Below are positions 13,739 through 28,699 of a stretch of DNA of 64,000 nucleotides, one piece after another (position 1 is the first letter of the stretch; every line of letters starts with the position of its first letter). The stretch is from the human T2T-CHM13v2.0 reference genome, Homo sapiens. The notes beneath the pieces are model-generated. The model was not told where the DNA came from. It searched no databases and worked only from the letters and a program-made list of their open reading frames with translations. The DNA is taken from NCBI RefSeq assembly GCF_009914755.1, contig NC_060928.1. The stretch is one strand, 5' to 3'. The translations under genes were made by a program, and so were the position numbers.

Positions 13739-15729
13739 CAGAGCAGGAGTGATCAAGATTAGCAAGATTACTCAGCCAACTGCAGATTACTTTCTACAAT
13801 GTCAAAGCCATTATAAATATTTCACTGATTATTATTCCACTGATCATACAAATACTGTATTTATTCTTATAATAAGAGAATAAAGAAATTTACCAACAAA
13901 ATGACTGAATCAAATATGCCCAGAAAAATATACATTACTCATGTTGGAAATTATAATTGTTAAAGCTATGCATATACTTGTGACTTTTCCCATTTTAACA
14001 TATTTACATAGGAGGATATAAAATTAGCCATGAATCTCAATTTGCTGAGAAATTCTGCATCTCCAACATTTATTCTTCTAGGCTTGCTAGGTTATGTGTA
14101 AACAGGTGATCATAGGTTTGGGTTTTGGAGAAAAATACATTTTCTTAACCATAGCAGCTATCACCCTCATATTAGGTAAACATGACCTTACTTTTCAGTC
14201 ATTAAAAGTGTATTTATTGTGTGAGTTGCTTTATTAAAACATCTCTTGCCTTTAGTAAGAATAATGTTTTAATTAGAGTTACTCTCTTTCCCTCTAACGG
14301 TTAATCTTTCTCATTCTCTTCATAATTATGGTTGGAATATTGGCTAATAAAAGTCTCTACCAGACTTCTTCAAAAAGCAAGTATAAAGCAAAGGAACATA
14401 CCATTTTCATATCTGAACTCTTTTTTGTAATGGAGTTGAAATTGTTTTAACTATTGAGCTCAATATTCAATACTTTGACCTTTTTTAAAAAAGCTTAAAT
14501 TTATTTATTTTTGTATTAGAAGAATTAACCACACAAACAGTCTGTAATGCTTTAAAGCATATCCTAAATACCATTGATTTAATCTGGCTCTAAATAAAAT
14601 CGGAAGCCATTCAATGTTTTTGAAGTGAGTAGTGATAAAATTTAACCTATAATGTCGTATGTTCAAACTGGACACATAAAATTCATATATACTATATCTA
14701 TCCTTAACTCAACCAAAACTTACCTTATAATGTGAGGAGAATTTCTTTCATTTTTTAACCTTGTGACTGATCCAGAATTTATTCATTTTGAATTACTTCT
14801 CAATACTGAAGATAACATTGATTTTTTTCTAATTAGGTAACATTTTGCCAACTCATAGGATTTGAGTACGTTATAATTTACCCAGTGTTTTCCAACGAGC
14901 AGAAAGCTACTTTTTGTTTCAAAATCTCTTGCCAATTGAGAAACAAATTTTTGAATTCTTGGTGTATTGATTCATTGTGACTTGTTATATTCTACAAAAA
15001 CATTGCCCTTAGATGATTAAAGACAATAAAATAATTTTTTTCATAAATATATTTGACAATTGTTTGAGAAAGTTGCATTACCTAAAGGGCAACTTTTTTG
15101 TTGTTTAAAAACATCTTAAAAAATGAGAATGATCTACTTTAGAATGTTATACAATTAAGGGATTTATGTATAAAATCTGTTTATTGTTCTAATAAGAAAT
15201 TATCAGTGTCAAACAATTGCAACTGCATCTGAACAAATGCTTTTCCTTCTATTTATTAAAGAAATGAAAAATTTGAGCACTTGTATCAAAACTGAAATAC
15301 AGGAAAGGAAATCACGTAACAACCATATTTTTTAGAATATTTGATGACATATTACAGGTGAAATAAGATTGATATGCCATACCACTTTTGTTTGCTGAGT
15401 AATATGGTTTTCAGCAATTTTCCTTCATATCTTCAAAGGCGGAATAGTGTCATGTTTTTTAAACTGTTAAACAACATAGGAAATTAGAAAACTTCTTAGT
15501 TCAGTTTAACTAGGTATTACAATTGGTATTTAAAATGCATTGCAAATCAATACTGAAGACCACTCTCATTTTCCAATATAACTGCAAAATTACCAACTAA
15601 AGTATTAGGACATTAAGCTAGCAGTTTTGAGTATTTGCAACAGAAAAAAGTTTGCCAATCCTTCATCTAGACAATCAAAAAAACAATAAATCAAAAACTG
15701 AAATGTGTCACTTTCCATTGCATACTCTC

Positions 15730-16056
15730 ATCATGGTCCATTTTAAGGTAAAAATTGGATATCATTAAACACGGTTAGAAAGAAATACACATGTGATTCT
15801 ATAGCATTTCTACTATACAAATGCAATAGGCATATATAACCTCAAAGTCATGTACAATAATTAAATTTAGTGAAATAATTAGGAAGAAGTGGTAACTTTT
15901 GAGTATTTGTTATCTTTCTTTTAATATAATTTATTTAATTGTAACATATAATTTCACATGTAAAAACTCTCTATTTAGCAACCAATGTAAAAAATTCCTA
16001 AGTATTTAATAGTAGGCTCCTGTGAGCTCATACAAGTTAGCTCTGGCATATCACTG
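15730..16056 (-). mobile_element. MER63-like hAT DNA transposon fragment
   Basis: Terminus gagctcatacaagttagctctggcatatcactg resembles the recalled MER63 terminus; left boundary uncertain. Confidence 0.5.
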
Positions 16057-16839
16057 CATTCATTCATTTATTTATACATACATCTTTTTTATATATCTAA
16101 GTATGTAATTATCCAAACAAACATTAAGCAGTTTGTGGAAGCCCTGCATTATACCAATATATCCATTTTGCCTTCTGTCGAGAACATAAAATTCAACTTT
16201 GATTATGTTTAGGAGCAAAGATATCTTCCATGGTATAGATTTTTTTAAAATAGAGTCAGAAAAATTATTTATAAGTCCCTGTCCATAAAGAGGTATTGTT
16301 TTAATCATATATTTAAGGAAAATATTTAATGGGAGTTTACATTATAGTTTTCAGTATCTCTTCATACATCCGACTACCCACACAAAATAGTAATAAAATA
16401 AAAATCACAAAAATATATACGTCTCTAGAGAAAAAAACAAAATCCTCTTATGTATGAGACAACCACAAGGAAAAAGTAATGTTTGTATAAAATGTATTAT
16501 ACAAGATGATATTATACAAGATGTATTATAAAGATGATACAAACGTAAATGTTTCTAATTTGGCATAAAATATTAATTGGTTGAAATTCTATAAATAGGC
16601 TTCATTTCATATTGTTTCAGAAAATTAGTTTTTTATGGGATATCATTTTTATTTTAAAGATGAAGAATCTGCAGTGCAGAGAAACTTTGACACTTCAAAG
16701 TCAAGAGAAGTGCCACTGGTAGACAGAAAATGAAAGAGAAAGGATGCAAGTTTAAGCTCGAAACCACAGTGCTCTCTGATGTCTTTCACGATTACAGTGA
16801 AGAAACTCAAAGACCTGGCAAAGGAGATAGAGTATTATA

Positions 16840-16930
16840 CTTACTCCCATTTTCAGAAGGTAGAATTAAAGCTCAAGTGGCTGTGACTTGCCCCAAACAA
16901 CAAAGTTAGTAGCAGATTCTGGGGCAAAGG
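16840..16930 (-). mobile_element. MIR fragment
   Basis: CORE-like ctcccattttcagaaggtagaattaaagctcaag...gtgacttgccccaa. Confidence 0.55.
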
Positions 16931-17307
16931 CAGTTATGCAAATATGACTCTCATAAGACCTTCAGATTCAATGCCATCTCTGACTTTTCTTTCTATTCTT
17001 TTTTTTTTTTTCCAAATTTTATTTTAGGTTCAGGAATACATTGCAGTTTGTTATATAGGTAAAATTGTGTCATGGGAGTTTGTTATACAGATTATTTTGT
17101 CACCCAGGTACTAAGCCTGGTACCAAATAATTATTTTTTCTTTTCCTCTCTCTCCTCCCAACCTCCACTTTCAAGAAGGCAACAGTGTCTGTTGTTCCCC
17201 ATTTTTCATGTGTACTCATCATTTATCTCTCACTTTTAAATGAGAACAGGTGGTATTTTGTTTTCTGTTCCTGTGTTAGTTTGTTAAGGATGATGGTCTC
17301 CAGTTTT

Positions 17308-17605
<298 letters not shown>

Positions 17606-18893
17606 AGTCTCCAGTTTTATACATGTTCCTGCAAAGGACATAACCTTGTTCTCTTTTATGGCTGCATAGTATTCCATGGTGTATATGTACTATATTTTAT
17701 TTATCCAGTCTATCATTGGTGGGCATTTAGGTTGATTTCATATCTGAGATATTGTGAACAATGCTGCAATGAATACACATGTGAATGTGTCTTTATCATA
17801 AGATTATTAATATTATTTGGATATTTACCCAGTAGTGGGACTGCTGGGTCAAATGGTAGTTCTGTTTTTAGATCTTTGAGGAATTTCCACACTGCTTTCC
17901 CCAATGGTTGAGCTAGTTTGCACTCCCACCAACAATGTATGAGTGTTCCCTTTTCTCCATAACCTTACCAGCATATTTTCATCATAGTCATTCTGCCTGG
18001 TGTGAGATGTTATCTCATTGTGGTTCTGATTTTTAATTCTCTAATGCAGTGATATTAAACTTTTCATATTTTTTTTGGTTGCACATATGTCTTCTTTTGA
18101 GAAGAGTCTGCTCAAGTCCTTTGCCCATTTTTTAATGAGGTTGTTTGTTTCTTTCTTATAAATGTGTTTAAATTCGTTACATATGCTGGATATTGGACCT
18201 TTGTCATATGCATAGTTTTGCAAATATGTTCTCCCAATATGTAGGTTGTTTTTATTCTGTTGATAGTTTCTTTTGCTGTGAAGAAACTATTAAGTTTGAT
18301 TATAGTTTTGAGTTTTACATTTAAGTCTTTAATCGATCTTGAGTTGATTTTTCTATACGGTGTAAGAAAGGGATCTAGATTTAGTCTTTTGCATATGGCT
18401 TGCCTATTGTCTCAGCACTATGTATTTAGTAGCGAGTCCTTTCCCCACTGGTTGTTTTTGTCAACTTTGTCAATGATCATATGGTTGTATATGTGCAGCC
18501 TTATTTCTGGGCTGTCTATTCTGTTCCATTGGTCTATGTATCTATGTATGTTTTTGTACCAGTACCACGCTGTTTTGGTTACTGTAGCCTTGTGTAATAG
18601 TTTGAAGTCAGGGAGAATGATGCCTCCCACTTTGTCGTTTTTGCTTAGAATTGCCTTGGTTATTCAGCCTCTATTTTTGATTCTATTTTAATTATAAGAG
18701 GTTTTTTATAGTTCTGTGAAGAATGTAATTGGTAGTTTGATGGGCACAGCATTGAATCTATAAATCATTTTGGGAAATATGTCCATTTTAATAATATTGC
18801 TTTTTGTGATCCATAAGCATGGAATGTTTTTTCCACTTGTTTGTATCTTCTCTGATTTATTTAAGCATTGTTTTGTACCTCCTATTTTAGAGA

Positions 18894-19622
18894 TCATTCA
18901 CCTCCCTGGTTACCTGTATTCCTAATTATTTTATTCTTTTTGGCAATTGGGATTGGGGTTGGATTCCTGATTTCGATCTCAGCTTCACTGTTGTTGGTAT
19001 GTAAAAATGCTAGTAACTTTTGTACACTAATTTTATATCCTAACGCTTTGCTGAAGTTGTTTATCAGCTGAATGAGCTTATGAGCTGAGACTATAGGATT
19101 TTCTAGATACAGGATTGTGTCATCTTCCAACAGGGATAGTTTGACTTCCTCTCTTCCTATTTGGAGGCCCTTTATTTCCTTCTGTTGACTGATATTTCTG
19201 GTCAGGATTTCCAATACTTTGTTGAATAGGAGTGGTGAGAGAAGGCAACCTTGCCTTGTGCTGATTTTCAAGGGAAATGCTTCCAGCTTTTGCCCATTCA
19301 GTATGATGTTGGCTGCAGGTTTGTCATAGATAGCTCTTACTATTTTGAAGCATGTTCCTTCATTGCCTAGTATATTGAGCGTTTTTAACATAAATCCATT
19401 TTGAATTTTATCTAAAGCCTTTTCTGAATCAGTTGAGATAATCCTGTGTTTTTTATATTTAATCCTGTTTATGTGATGAATCACATTTGTTGATTTCCAT
19501 ATGTTGAACCAATCTTGCATACCAGGGTAAAAGCCTACTGGTTCATGATGGATTAGCTTTCTGATATACTGCTGCATTCGGTTCGCCAGTATTTTGTTGA
19601 GGATTTTTGTATCAATTTTCAT
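18894..19622 (-). pseudogene. L1 ORF2 reverse-transcriptase fragment (242 aa residual ORF)
   Basis: [10 protein letters not shown]...[12 protein letters not shown]...[15 protein letters not shown] (FADD box altered to LEDD); flanked by frameshifted ORF2 pieces. Confidence 0.9.
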
Positions 19623-20492
19623 TAAGGATATTGGCTTGAAGTTTTTTTGTTGTTATTGTTGTGTCACTGCCAGGTTTTTGTATGAGGATGATGCTGGATT
19701 CATAGAATGAGTTGAGGAGAGGTTCCCATTCCTCAATTTTTTGGGTATAGTTTTAGAAGGAATGATACTAACTCTTCTTTGTACTTACTTATGGTAGAGT
19801 TTGGCTATGAATCCATCTGGTCCTCTGCTTTATTTTGGTTGGTAGGCTATTTATTACTAATTCAATTTTGGAGCTCTTTAATGGATAAGCAAATGAATTT
19901 CTTCCTGGTTCAGTCTTAGGAAGATGCATGTGTCCAGAAATTTATACATCTATTCCAGGTTTTCTGGTTTGTGTGCATAGAGGTGTTTGCAGTAGACTCT
20001 GGTGGTTATTTTTATTTCTGTGGAGTCAGGGGTAACATCCCTTTGCTTTCTTCTTACTGTATTTACTTGGATTTTCTCTCTTTTCTTCTTTATTAATCTA
20101 GCTACTGGCTTATTGGTTTTTTTTTTTTTTTCCAAAAAACAACTTGAATTTGTTGATATTTTGAATGGTTTCTTGGAACTCTATCTCCTTCAGATTAGCT
20201 CTGATTTTAGTTATTTCTTGTCATCTGCTCAATTTGGGGTTGGTTTGCTCTTCTCTAGTTATTTTAGTTGTGATGTTAGATTGCTAATTTGAGATCTTTC
20301 TAAAATTTTTATATAGTCAGTTAGTGCTATGAATTTCCCTCTTATCACTGTCTTAGCAGTGTTCCAGAGATTCTGGTAAGTTGTATCTTTGTTCTCATTA
20401 GCCCCTAATAACTTCTTGATTTCTTCCTTAATTTCATGATTTACCCAAAAGTCATTCAATAGCAGGTTGTTTAATTTGCATGTGATTGTATG

Positions 20493-20784
<292 letters not shown>

Positions 20785-23180
20785 AACTGCATGGTTTTGA
20801 GTGATTTTTTTAAATCTTAATTTCTATTTTTTATTCCATTGTGGTCCAAGAGTGTGTTTGGTATGATTTTGTTTTTTATGCATTTGCCAAAGATTGTTTT
20901 ATGTCCAATTGTATGGTTGATTTTAGAGTATGTGCCATACGGAGATTAAAATAATGCATATTATCTTGTTTGGGGGTGGAGAGTTCTGTAGAGGTCTATC
21001 AGATCCATTTTGTCCAATGTTGAGTTCAGGTCCTGAATAGCTTAGTTAATTTTCTGCCTCAGTGATCTGTCTAATACTGTAAGTGGTTTGTTGAAGTCTC
21101 CCACTATTATTTTGCTGGCATCTAAGTATTTTTGTAGGTCTGTAAGAATTTGCTTTATGAATCCGAGTGACCCTGTGTTGGAGATGGAGATATATATATA
21201 TACACACACATATATGTATATGGAACAGTTAGATCTTCTTGTTGAATTGAACCCTTTTAATACTATGTAATGCCCTTCTTTATATTTTTTGATCTTTGTT
21301 TGAAGTCTGTTTTTTCTGAAATTAGAATTGCAACTTCTGCTTTTTTCTTATTTCTGTTTGCTTGGTAAATTTTCCTCCATCCCTTTATTTTGAGGCTATG
21401 GATGTCATTGCATGTCAGATGGGTCTTTTGAAGACAGCATACAATTTGGTCTTGCTTTTTAATCTAGCTTGCCACTCTCTGCCTTTTAAATAAGGCATTT
21501 AGCCCATTTACATTCAAGATTAGTATTGATATGTGTGGATTTGATCCTGTCATTGTGTTGTTAGTTGGTTATTATGCTGGCTTGTTTGTGTGGTTGGTTT
21601 ATAGTGTCACTGGACTGTGTACTTAAGTGTATTTTGTAATGGCTTGTAATAGTCTTTCCTTTTCATATTTAGTGCTCTGTTCAAGATCTATTTTAACGTG
21701 AGTCTGGTGGTAAAGAACTCTTTTGGTATTTGCTTATCTGAAAATAATCTTATTTCTTCTTTGCTGAGTAAGCTTAGTTTGGCTAGATATAAAATTATTG
21801 ATTGAAGATTTTTTTTTTTAGGATGCTGAATATAGGCCCCCAATATCTTCTGGGTTGTAAGGTTTCTGCTGAGAATTCCACTGTTAGCCTAATGGGGTTG
21901 GTTCCCTTTGCATGTGACCAGCCCTTACTCTTTAGTTGCCTTCAGCATTTTTTTTTTTTTTTTCATTTTAACCTTGGAAAATCTGATGATTTTGTGTCTT
22001 TGGGATGATCTTCTTGTAGAGAATCTTGCAGAAGTTCTCTGTATTTCCTGAATTTGAGTGTTGTCCTCTCTAACAAGATTAGTAATTTTTTTCTAAGTTT
22101 CTTGCTTTCTTCTCATCCCTTTCAGGGATGCCAATTATTTATAGATTTGGCTTCCTTACATAATCCCATGTATCTCAGAGGTTTTTTTCATTCCTTTTTA
22201 TTCATTTTTCTTTATTTTTGTCTGACTGTCTTGTTTCAGAGAACCAGTCTTCAAGTCCTGAGATTCTTTCCTGACCTTGGTCTATTCTACTGTTAATACT
22301 TGTGAATGTATTGTGAAATTCTTGTAGTAAGTTTTTCAGCTCTATCAGATCAGCTAAGTTTTTATCCTTGCTATTTAGTACATCAGCTTCTGTATCATTT
22401 TATTGTGAATTTTAGTTTCCTTGGATTGGGTTTTCCCATTCTCCTGAATCTCGATGATCATTATTCCTATCCATATTCTGGATTCTGTTTTTGCCATTTT
22501 AGCTAACGAAGCCTGGTTAAGAACCCATGTTGTGGAACTAGTGTAGTCATTTGAAGGACATAAGACACTGGCCTTTTGAGTTGCTGGAGTCCTTACACTG
22601 ATTCTTCCTCAGCTGTCTGTGTGGGTATTGCTTTAACTGCTGTGCTACCTCTGATTGAAGTGGTCAGGTGAGGGCCAGGGTGGTTGTCCTGGAGTCCCAG
22701 ACCAGGCATTCCTCTCCAGTGAGGAAAAGTGAGGACCAGCACCTGTGTGCCTGTGTGGAGAACAGTTTGGCCACATTTCCATTAGGTGAATGCTTTGTGC
22801 TAGGGGTCTCGACCAGCCCCTGGTCCTGTGGACTCTCCAAAGCCTTGAGACAATAAGAGTGAGGGCTGTGAGACAGCAAAGATGGCAAGTTGCCATCCCA
22901 CTGTGAGTTTTGTCCCAGGGAGTTGCTGAACTGCTACTGGCTCAATAGTCCCAGCAGGGGTTGGCTGGAGAAGTGTATTTTTCTCATCGACCTCAGTAAA
23001 TGGGGTATTACATTTCTCACTGTACATTTTATATAGATATTTTTAAGTCAGTATGAATTATTAAATCTTCTACTCAATAAAAATGTTTATCCAGTATGAA
23101 TATAAGAAGCTCCCTCTATTTGTTTTTATGTCATCAGTCTCAGACTGTTAATGAGAAGTAGATGAATGTTGACATATTTA

Positions 23181-23829
23181 CAGTAGTCCCCTTTTATCTG
23201 CAGGGAATAAGTTTCAACAACCCCAGTGGATACCTGAAACAACATACAGTAGTGAACCTTATATACTCTCTACTGTTTTGTTTTGTATAGATACATTTAT
23301 ATGATAACATTTAATTTACAAATTAGGCACAGTAAGAGATTAACAACAATAACTAGTAATAGAAAACTATAACAACAATAGTTATGTGAATGTGACCTCT
23401 CTCTCAAAATTTTTTATTTTACAATACCCTTCTTGTGATGATGTATGATAATAAAATGCCTACATGATTAAACAAAGTGAAGTGAATAATGTAGGCATTG
23501 TGATAGAACATTAGGCTAATGTTGACTTTTAACACAAATCTCAGGATACCACTACAGTTGATCTGATAACTGAAAAATCTTCTAAGTGATTAATGTGCTG
23601 ATGACATATATAGCATAGACACACTGGAGAAAAGGTTGATTCATATTCTGATGTTCTGGATTGGATGGAAGGGATGGTGTAAGATTTCATCACACTACTC
23701 AGAACCGTGTGCAATTAAAAACTTACAAATTGTTTGTTTTTGGAATTTTCCACTTAATATTTTTGAACTGCAGTAGACCATGAATAACAAATCATGGAAG
23801 GTGAAACCATAAATAAGGGGGGACAATAG
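23181..23829. mobile_element. MER44-like (Tigger7-derived) non-autonomous DNA transposon
   Basis: TIRs cagtagtccccttttat ... ataaggggggacaatag, flanked by TA at 23179-80 and 23830-31. Confidence 0.85.
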
Positions 23830-24066
23830 TACTTCCATGAAATGTTCCCCATGGATTAAGTGCTAGGTATTACCTTAGGGTATCTTTAGCAGAAGAATAT
23901 GACTGCAGGGAAAAGTCTACATTATTATTGAAACAACTGTTGCAGATAAATGATATTTTGCATTATAATAAGAGTATCTTAATGAAAGAACTTAAGAAAA
24001 ACATTGTGACTTATTATAACTAAAAATATTTTGGGAGATTTAGACGTTGTTTATCTTGATGCCAGG

Positions 24067-24215
24067 TGTCTTAGCTTGTTTGTTCTGCTATAACAGAATA
24101 TCCAAGTCTGGGTAACTGATAGACAATAGAAATATAGTTTTCAAGGTGGGAAAAGCAAGACAAGGTGCTGCAGGTTTGATTGTCTGGTGAGGGTTGCTTC
24201 GAAGGTGACACCTTT
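24067..24215 (-). mobile_element. MLT1A/MST-like MaLR LTR 3' fragment
   Basis: tgtcttagcttgtttgttctgctataacagaata...gtctggtgaggg. Confidence 0.7.
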
Positions 24216-27200
24216 AAACCACAGCACAATTTATTTTTTTTAATTTTATCTGTAAGGGAAGTAAACTTATTTATTTTATTAAGAGTAAATTGTATATTGT
24301 GACAATAATTAGATATGTATCTAAAGATCAACTCATTGCCTGAAATGTCATTGTCTTGCTTCTTTGACTTGAGACAACACATTCATATAAACATTTGATG
24401 CTCTTTGGAAATATATGCATTTATTTTGTTTGGGAGTTACAGTAATCCCTTGCTTCTCTAGAACTTTAGTTTTTCAAAATTAATCAATAACTAGGATGAA
24501 TATAAAGATAGATGTAGATGTAGATGATATAGATAGACATAGATACAGGTAGATATACAGGCACATATAACGGAATTTCAGAATTTGTGTTTTTCCAATT
24601 AGTCAAGCTTTGCTGATTGTTCCTTTGATATTTGCTGGCATTATCTGTTTTTCTTCAAGTGAACACTCCTGCTATGTATTTCTTATTTCACTTCTCATGA
24701 CACAAAAGAAGGAAAAACATGTTTAACTGCCAAGCACAGGCCCCACTTCTAACAAAGGGTCATATATAAGGTCAGCAATCAGAACTTAGTTGACTAATGA
24801 ATGACTAAATAATTGTATGCATGCTCAGACTTTATTATTTACTACCACTGAGTTACTCTATTTTTTAAATCAATAAATAGAGCATTATTTATTGAATATG
24901 TGCACAGCATACATAATTCTACTAGCCTATATAATTGCAGCTAAATATGGATTTCTTATTTAGCAGCTTACCAATTAAGATATAATTCAGTTTTGAAGTT
25001 TTGAATCAAAATATCTGAAGGAAATATCAAAGTTACACATGTGTATTACTTAATATATTTGTTATACAATATTAGATATTCACCTTTTTAAAGAAACTAT
25101 TATTATATTTAGTAATGGCATCAAAGTGTTAATTCACTTTAAAAACCTTCAGAAAATAAAGAACTGTCTCAAATGACAAGCTTCGTAGATCAGTCAATGT
25201 AAAGTAACTTTTTTCCCCACAATTTTACATAAGTAAAAACAATAAAAAACCCTGAAGATTTCAAAAGTCCATTAACAATGACAAGTGTCTTAGAAATAAA
25301 GTTTGATTAAAATGTAGAAAGTTAGAGGTCTTTTTTAAAAGAAACAATGGATAAGTTTAAAAGTATCAGGTAAAATAATGAGATTTTAAAAGGCAGTGCA
25401 AAAATGCAATTCCCAATTTGCCTCTGGGTCTCTTTCCCGCATCTCTTAACCAGAAAAAAAAAAATAAGTAGAATGTTTTTTCACATGATGGCAAAATTAT
25501 AATTTTCATAAATTGAGATCACAGAGGTAGAGTGCAATAAACTTTAAGAACTCATAGGAATATCAAGTGGTAATTACAATTATTTTTATTATTATTTCAC
25601 CTCTCCCACCTTCCTGTAGAACAGAATGCTTTATGTAATTATTTTATTCATGTCTCAAAAATGTCTTACTCCATTAAAGATCAAAAATGTATTACCTTTC
25701 CCAGTCAAGTTCTAAACATAGTATTTTACTTGAAACATCAAATTTTGAAGAGCTTAACAAATGTATATTACCCTTGAGATAGGTCTTTTTCTAACATGCA
25801 AAATAAAGAGTTAAAGATAGTGTTCTATATTCAGGCTGTTGCAAATCAATGGGGTGTAAAGAGAGTAAAAGGTGATTTGACATATTAAGGGATATTATCT
25901 GTAGGTTGCTATTGGAACACAGAAATTGTTTCAAATAGCTTGAAAATCATTTCCCTTGTCTTACATAACAAGATATACTTATTTTCAATCTTTTAATATT
26001 GGATATATTGATATTAGAGACATGATATAATAAACGAAGCAGTGCTTCATATTATATCATATTAGAGTTTTAACACATTATTTGGGTGCTAAACATTTAA
26101 TTATCCAATAAACATAAAATATTTTTGTATAATACATTTTATCACTTTGTATAAACCATCCAATATGAACAGTGGGTGGTTATAGAATAATTTCTGACTG
26201 GGTCTTTTGTGATAATTCAATGGGAAAAGCAGGTGATATGTGAGGAATCACAAGTTCACATTACTGGATGGTAAAATATGAGCCTTCAAGCATCCAAAGT
26301 GGAGAAGGAAAACATAGGCAGAAGCCAGTTACTAGAGCTCCTCATACAGTTTAGAAATTCAGTTTTTTCTGTAAGTGATAGAAATATTCAGTACATACTA
26401 AATTGAATTATATGATTAGTTTGAATATTAGAAAGTTTTCTCTTCTGGAAGAGGGAAGAATGGATTTAGGCATAGAAATTGTTTGGGTATTAATACCTAG
26501 AAACTATGATAAGGATCTACTTGTGATTGTTCAAAAGGTAGATGCAGAGACATGTGACTGGGGTGGTTATATTTCCAACAAAGATATTTGCTTCTCCTTT
26601 TTACAGTGTAGACTTGCTCTTTAGTCAGAATGGTTAGCCAGGGACTATATTTCTTGAACTCCCTTAGATCCCAGTAGGACTTTGGCATAGTACGATGTAA
26701 ATTAATGTTATTTTGGCCCTGTTGCTGACTGCTGGATGGATACAGAACAATTAAGGAGCTGACACATTTGCAGGGAAAAAAAAAGTTGCAAGGAGCCTCA
26801 AGTTCTGAATTAGCACACATAGGGAAGTCTTTGGACAAGCAAGGTGTTTTTATTGGGAAAGTTTATGTTTTCTTATATTACATAAATTATTTTATCCTAA
26901 ATAATACAGGATTTAAAATCAGCAGAACTTAGGGGCTGATTCAATGTGAACATGTGTTCTTGTCATGGGGGAGGGAGTTACTGTATTAGATATTATTTGC
27001 AGGTGAAACTGAGGGAAAAAAGGTCCTGATTAATTTTTTTAAAGCCCTGAGCTTACTTTTCTATCCTGATTCACTTTTAATTTTTGTTGACTGGCCTAGG
27101 AATAAAAAATTAGTACTACAATTAATAACGGCATTGTCTTTCATCTTTATTTTTTAGAAATACTTTTTTAAAATATAATGTCAAGTTTCTTTTTCTAGTT

Positions 27201-27249
27201 GATTATACAGCTTGAAGCATACTGATGTTAAGTCCAAAACTATGAAAGG

Positions 27250-27770
27250 TCTGTTTGAGATTTTTACCTTACTTAAAAGCCAGCAAGTTAGCTTGCCTCG
27301 GTATCATATGAATACACTTACAAAGACACAAGAACTCATGTCAGAGACAAAGATGGTTTATTACTTATTGTAATAGCAGAAACTGGATCCAGTCATTGCC
27401 AGTTCCCCATTCGCCAAACTCCATGACAGATGAGGGTCACCTGTTTACGTGTATATATAGTGGATTCGCATCACTGAAAAAGAACCCCAAACTTAACGGA
27501 TTCTAAATTTTTATGAGCTGCTGGTTTATCTTTTCACGCTCCCTTTCAGAGATAGAGATTATTAATTACCTTGGAAGTTAAGCAACTGTCCATAAGATAA
27601 GATGGAGGAAACTTTATCTTCATGAATCATAGGATGTTTCTGGGGTCTGTATCTTTAAGAGAGTGCTTTCTCTAACTTCTAAGGCATCTTTGCTGTTTAA
27701 GTATGCTTGTTTCCTGGAATGCATGGATCATGCAGGAAACATAAAATATCTAGGATAAATTTTCTCCCAA
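27250..27770. mobile_element. Unclassified old LTR-like sequence
   Basis: LTR-like motifs (gtcagagacaaagatggtttattact; ends tctcccaaca); family not identified. Confidence 0.3.
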
Positions 27771-27896
27771 CACATTTATATATACAATATAGAAACAGAT
27801 GTAGATATAAATATAATATAGACATAAACATAAGTGTAAACATAGACTATATATAAATATAGATATTTAGATACATACACACATCATACAAATATG

Positions 27897-28317
27897 TAGT
27901 TGATTCTCATTATTTGCAGATTTCACATTAACAAATTCATCTATTTGCTAAAAATTATTTATAAACCCCAAATCAATACTGTACTTTTTCCAGAGGATGT
28001 TTATGATAGGTGTAGTGAAATGTAATGCAAAGAGCTCTGGATCTAAGGCCTTTTGGATGGGTTTGAATCCCAATTCGGGCACCTATTAGATTCACCTGTT
28101 AGTGGGGCAGATTCAGGCAAGTCACTTAATACTCTTAAGCATTATTTTTTCTTTTGTGAGATAAAGAAAACAGAATATATGGGTTGTTTTAATTTTTGTT
28201 AAATTATAACATATGCCACATATATATATATATACACCATAGAAACAATTATTCAGTACTCACTAATTCAGAGTTTGAGGTGACATAATATAGCCACTGC
28301 AATACTGAGAACCAATC

Positions 28318-28319
<2 letters not shown>
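27897..28319. mobile_element. MER82-like Tigger element ends enclosing a MIR-like segment
   Basis: Left end tagttgattctcattatttgcagat...ccccaaatcaatact; right end ttcagtactcactaattcagagttt...gagaaccaatctg. Confidence 0.65.
28005..28215 (+). mobile_element. MIR
   Basis: ggtgtagtg...agagctctgga...gggtttgaatccc (B box)...ggcaagtcacttaa...gggttgtt. Confidence 0.75.

Positions 28320-28356
<37 letters not shown>
28320..28356. repeat. (TG)n microsatellite
   Basis: Direct read. Confidence 0.9.
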
Positions 28357-28699
28357 TGCATGTATAAATGCAATATACAAAAAAAAAAAGCCCTTGTTGC
28401 ATTCTTTCTTTTCTTTCTTCTTTCATAAAACATTCAGTCCAAAAGTTATCAGGTGAGGCTGAGTAAGGTAGGGCTCTGTACTAGTTGGGTGGTAGCAGCA
28501 ATGACCTGAGTGGGTATCAGAGCCTGCGTGGACTGACAAGAACATCCATGGCTCCTGGTATGGACTGTCAGAGCCCAGGCTTGGTGAGAAAGATGATGTT
28601 CATGTGGAAAGTGAGAAGCAGTGCCAGTTGCCCATGTGGAGATGCCTGGTCAAGGATTTCAAAGCACAAGGAATATGAAGAGTACAACTGTAAACAGAG

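Noticed and set aside
18260-18691. 143-aa hydrophobic, membrane-like ORF
   Set aside because: Antisense frame of L1 ORF2; the T-rich strand produces hydrophobic residues
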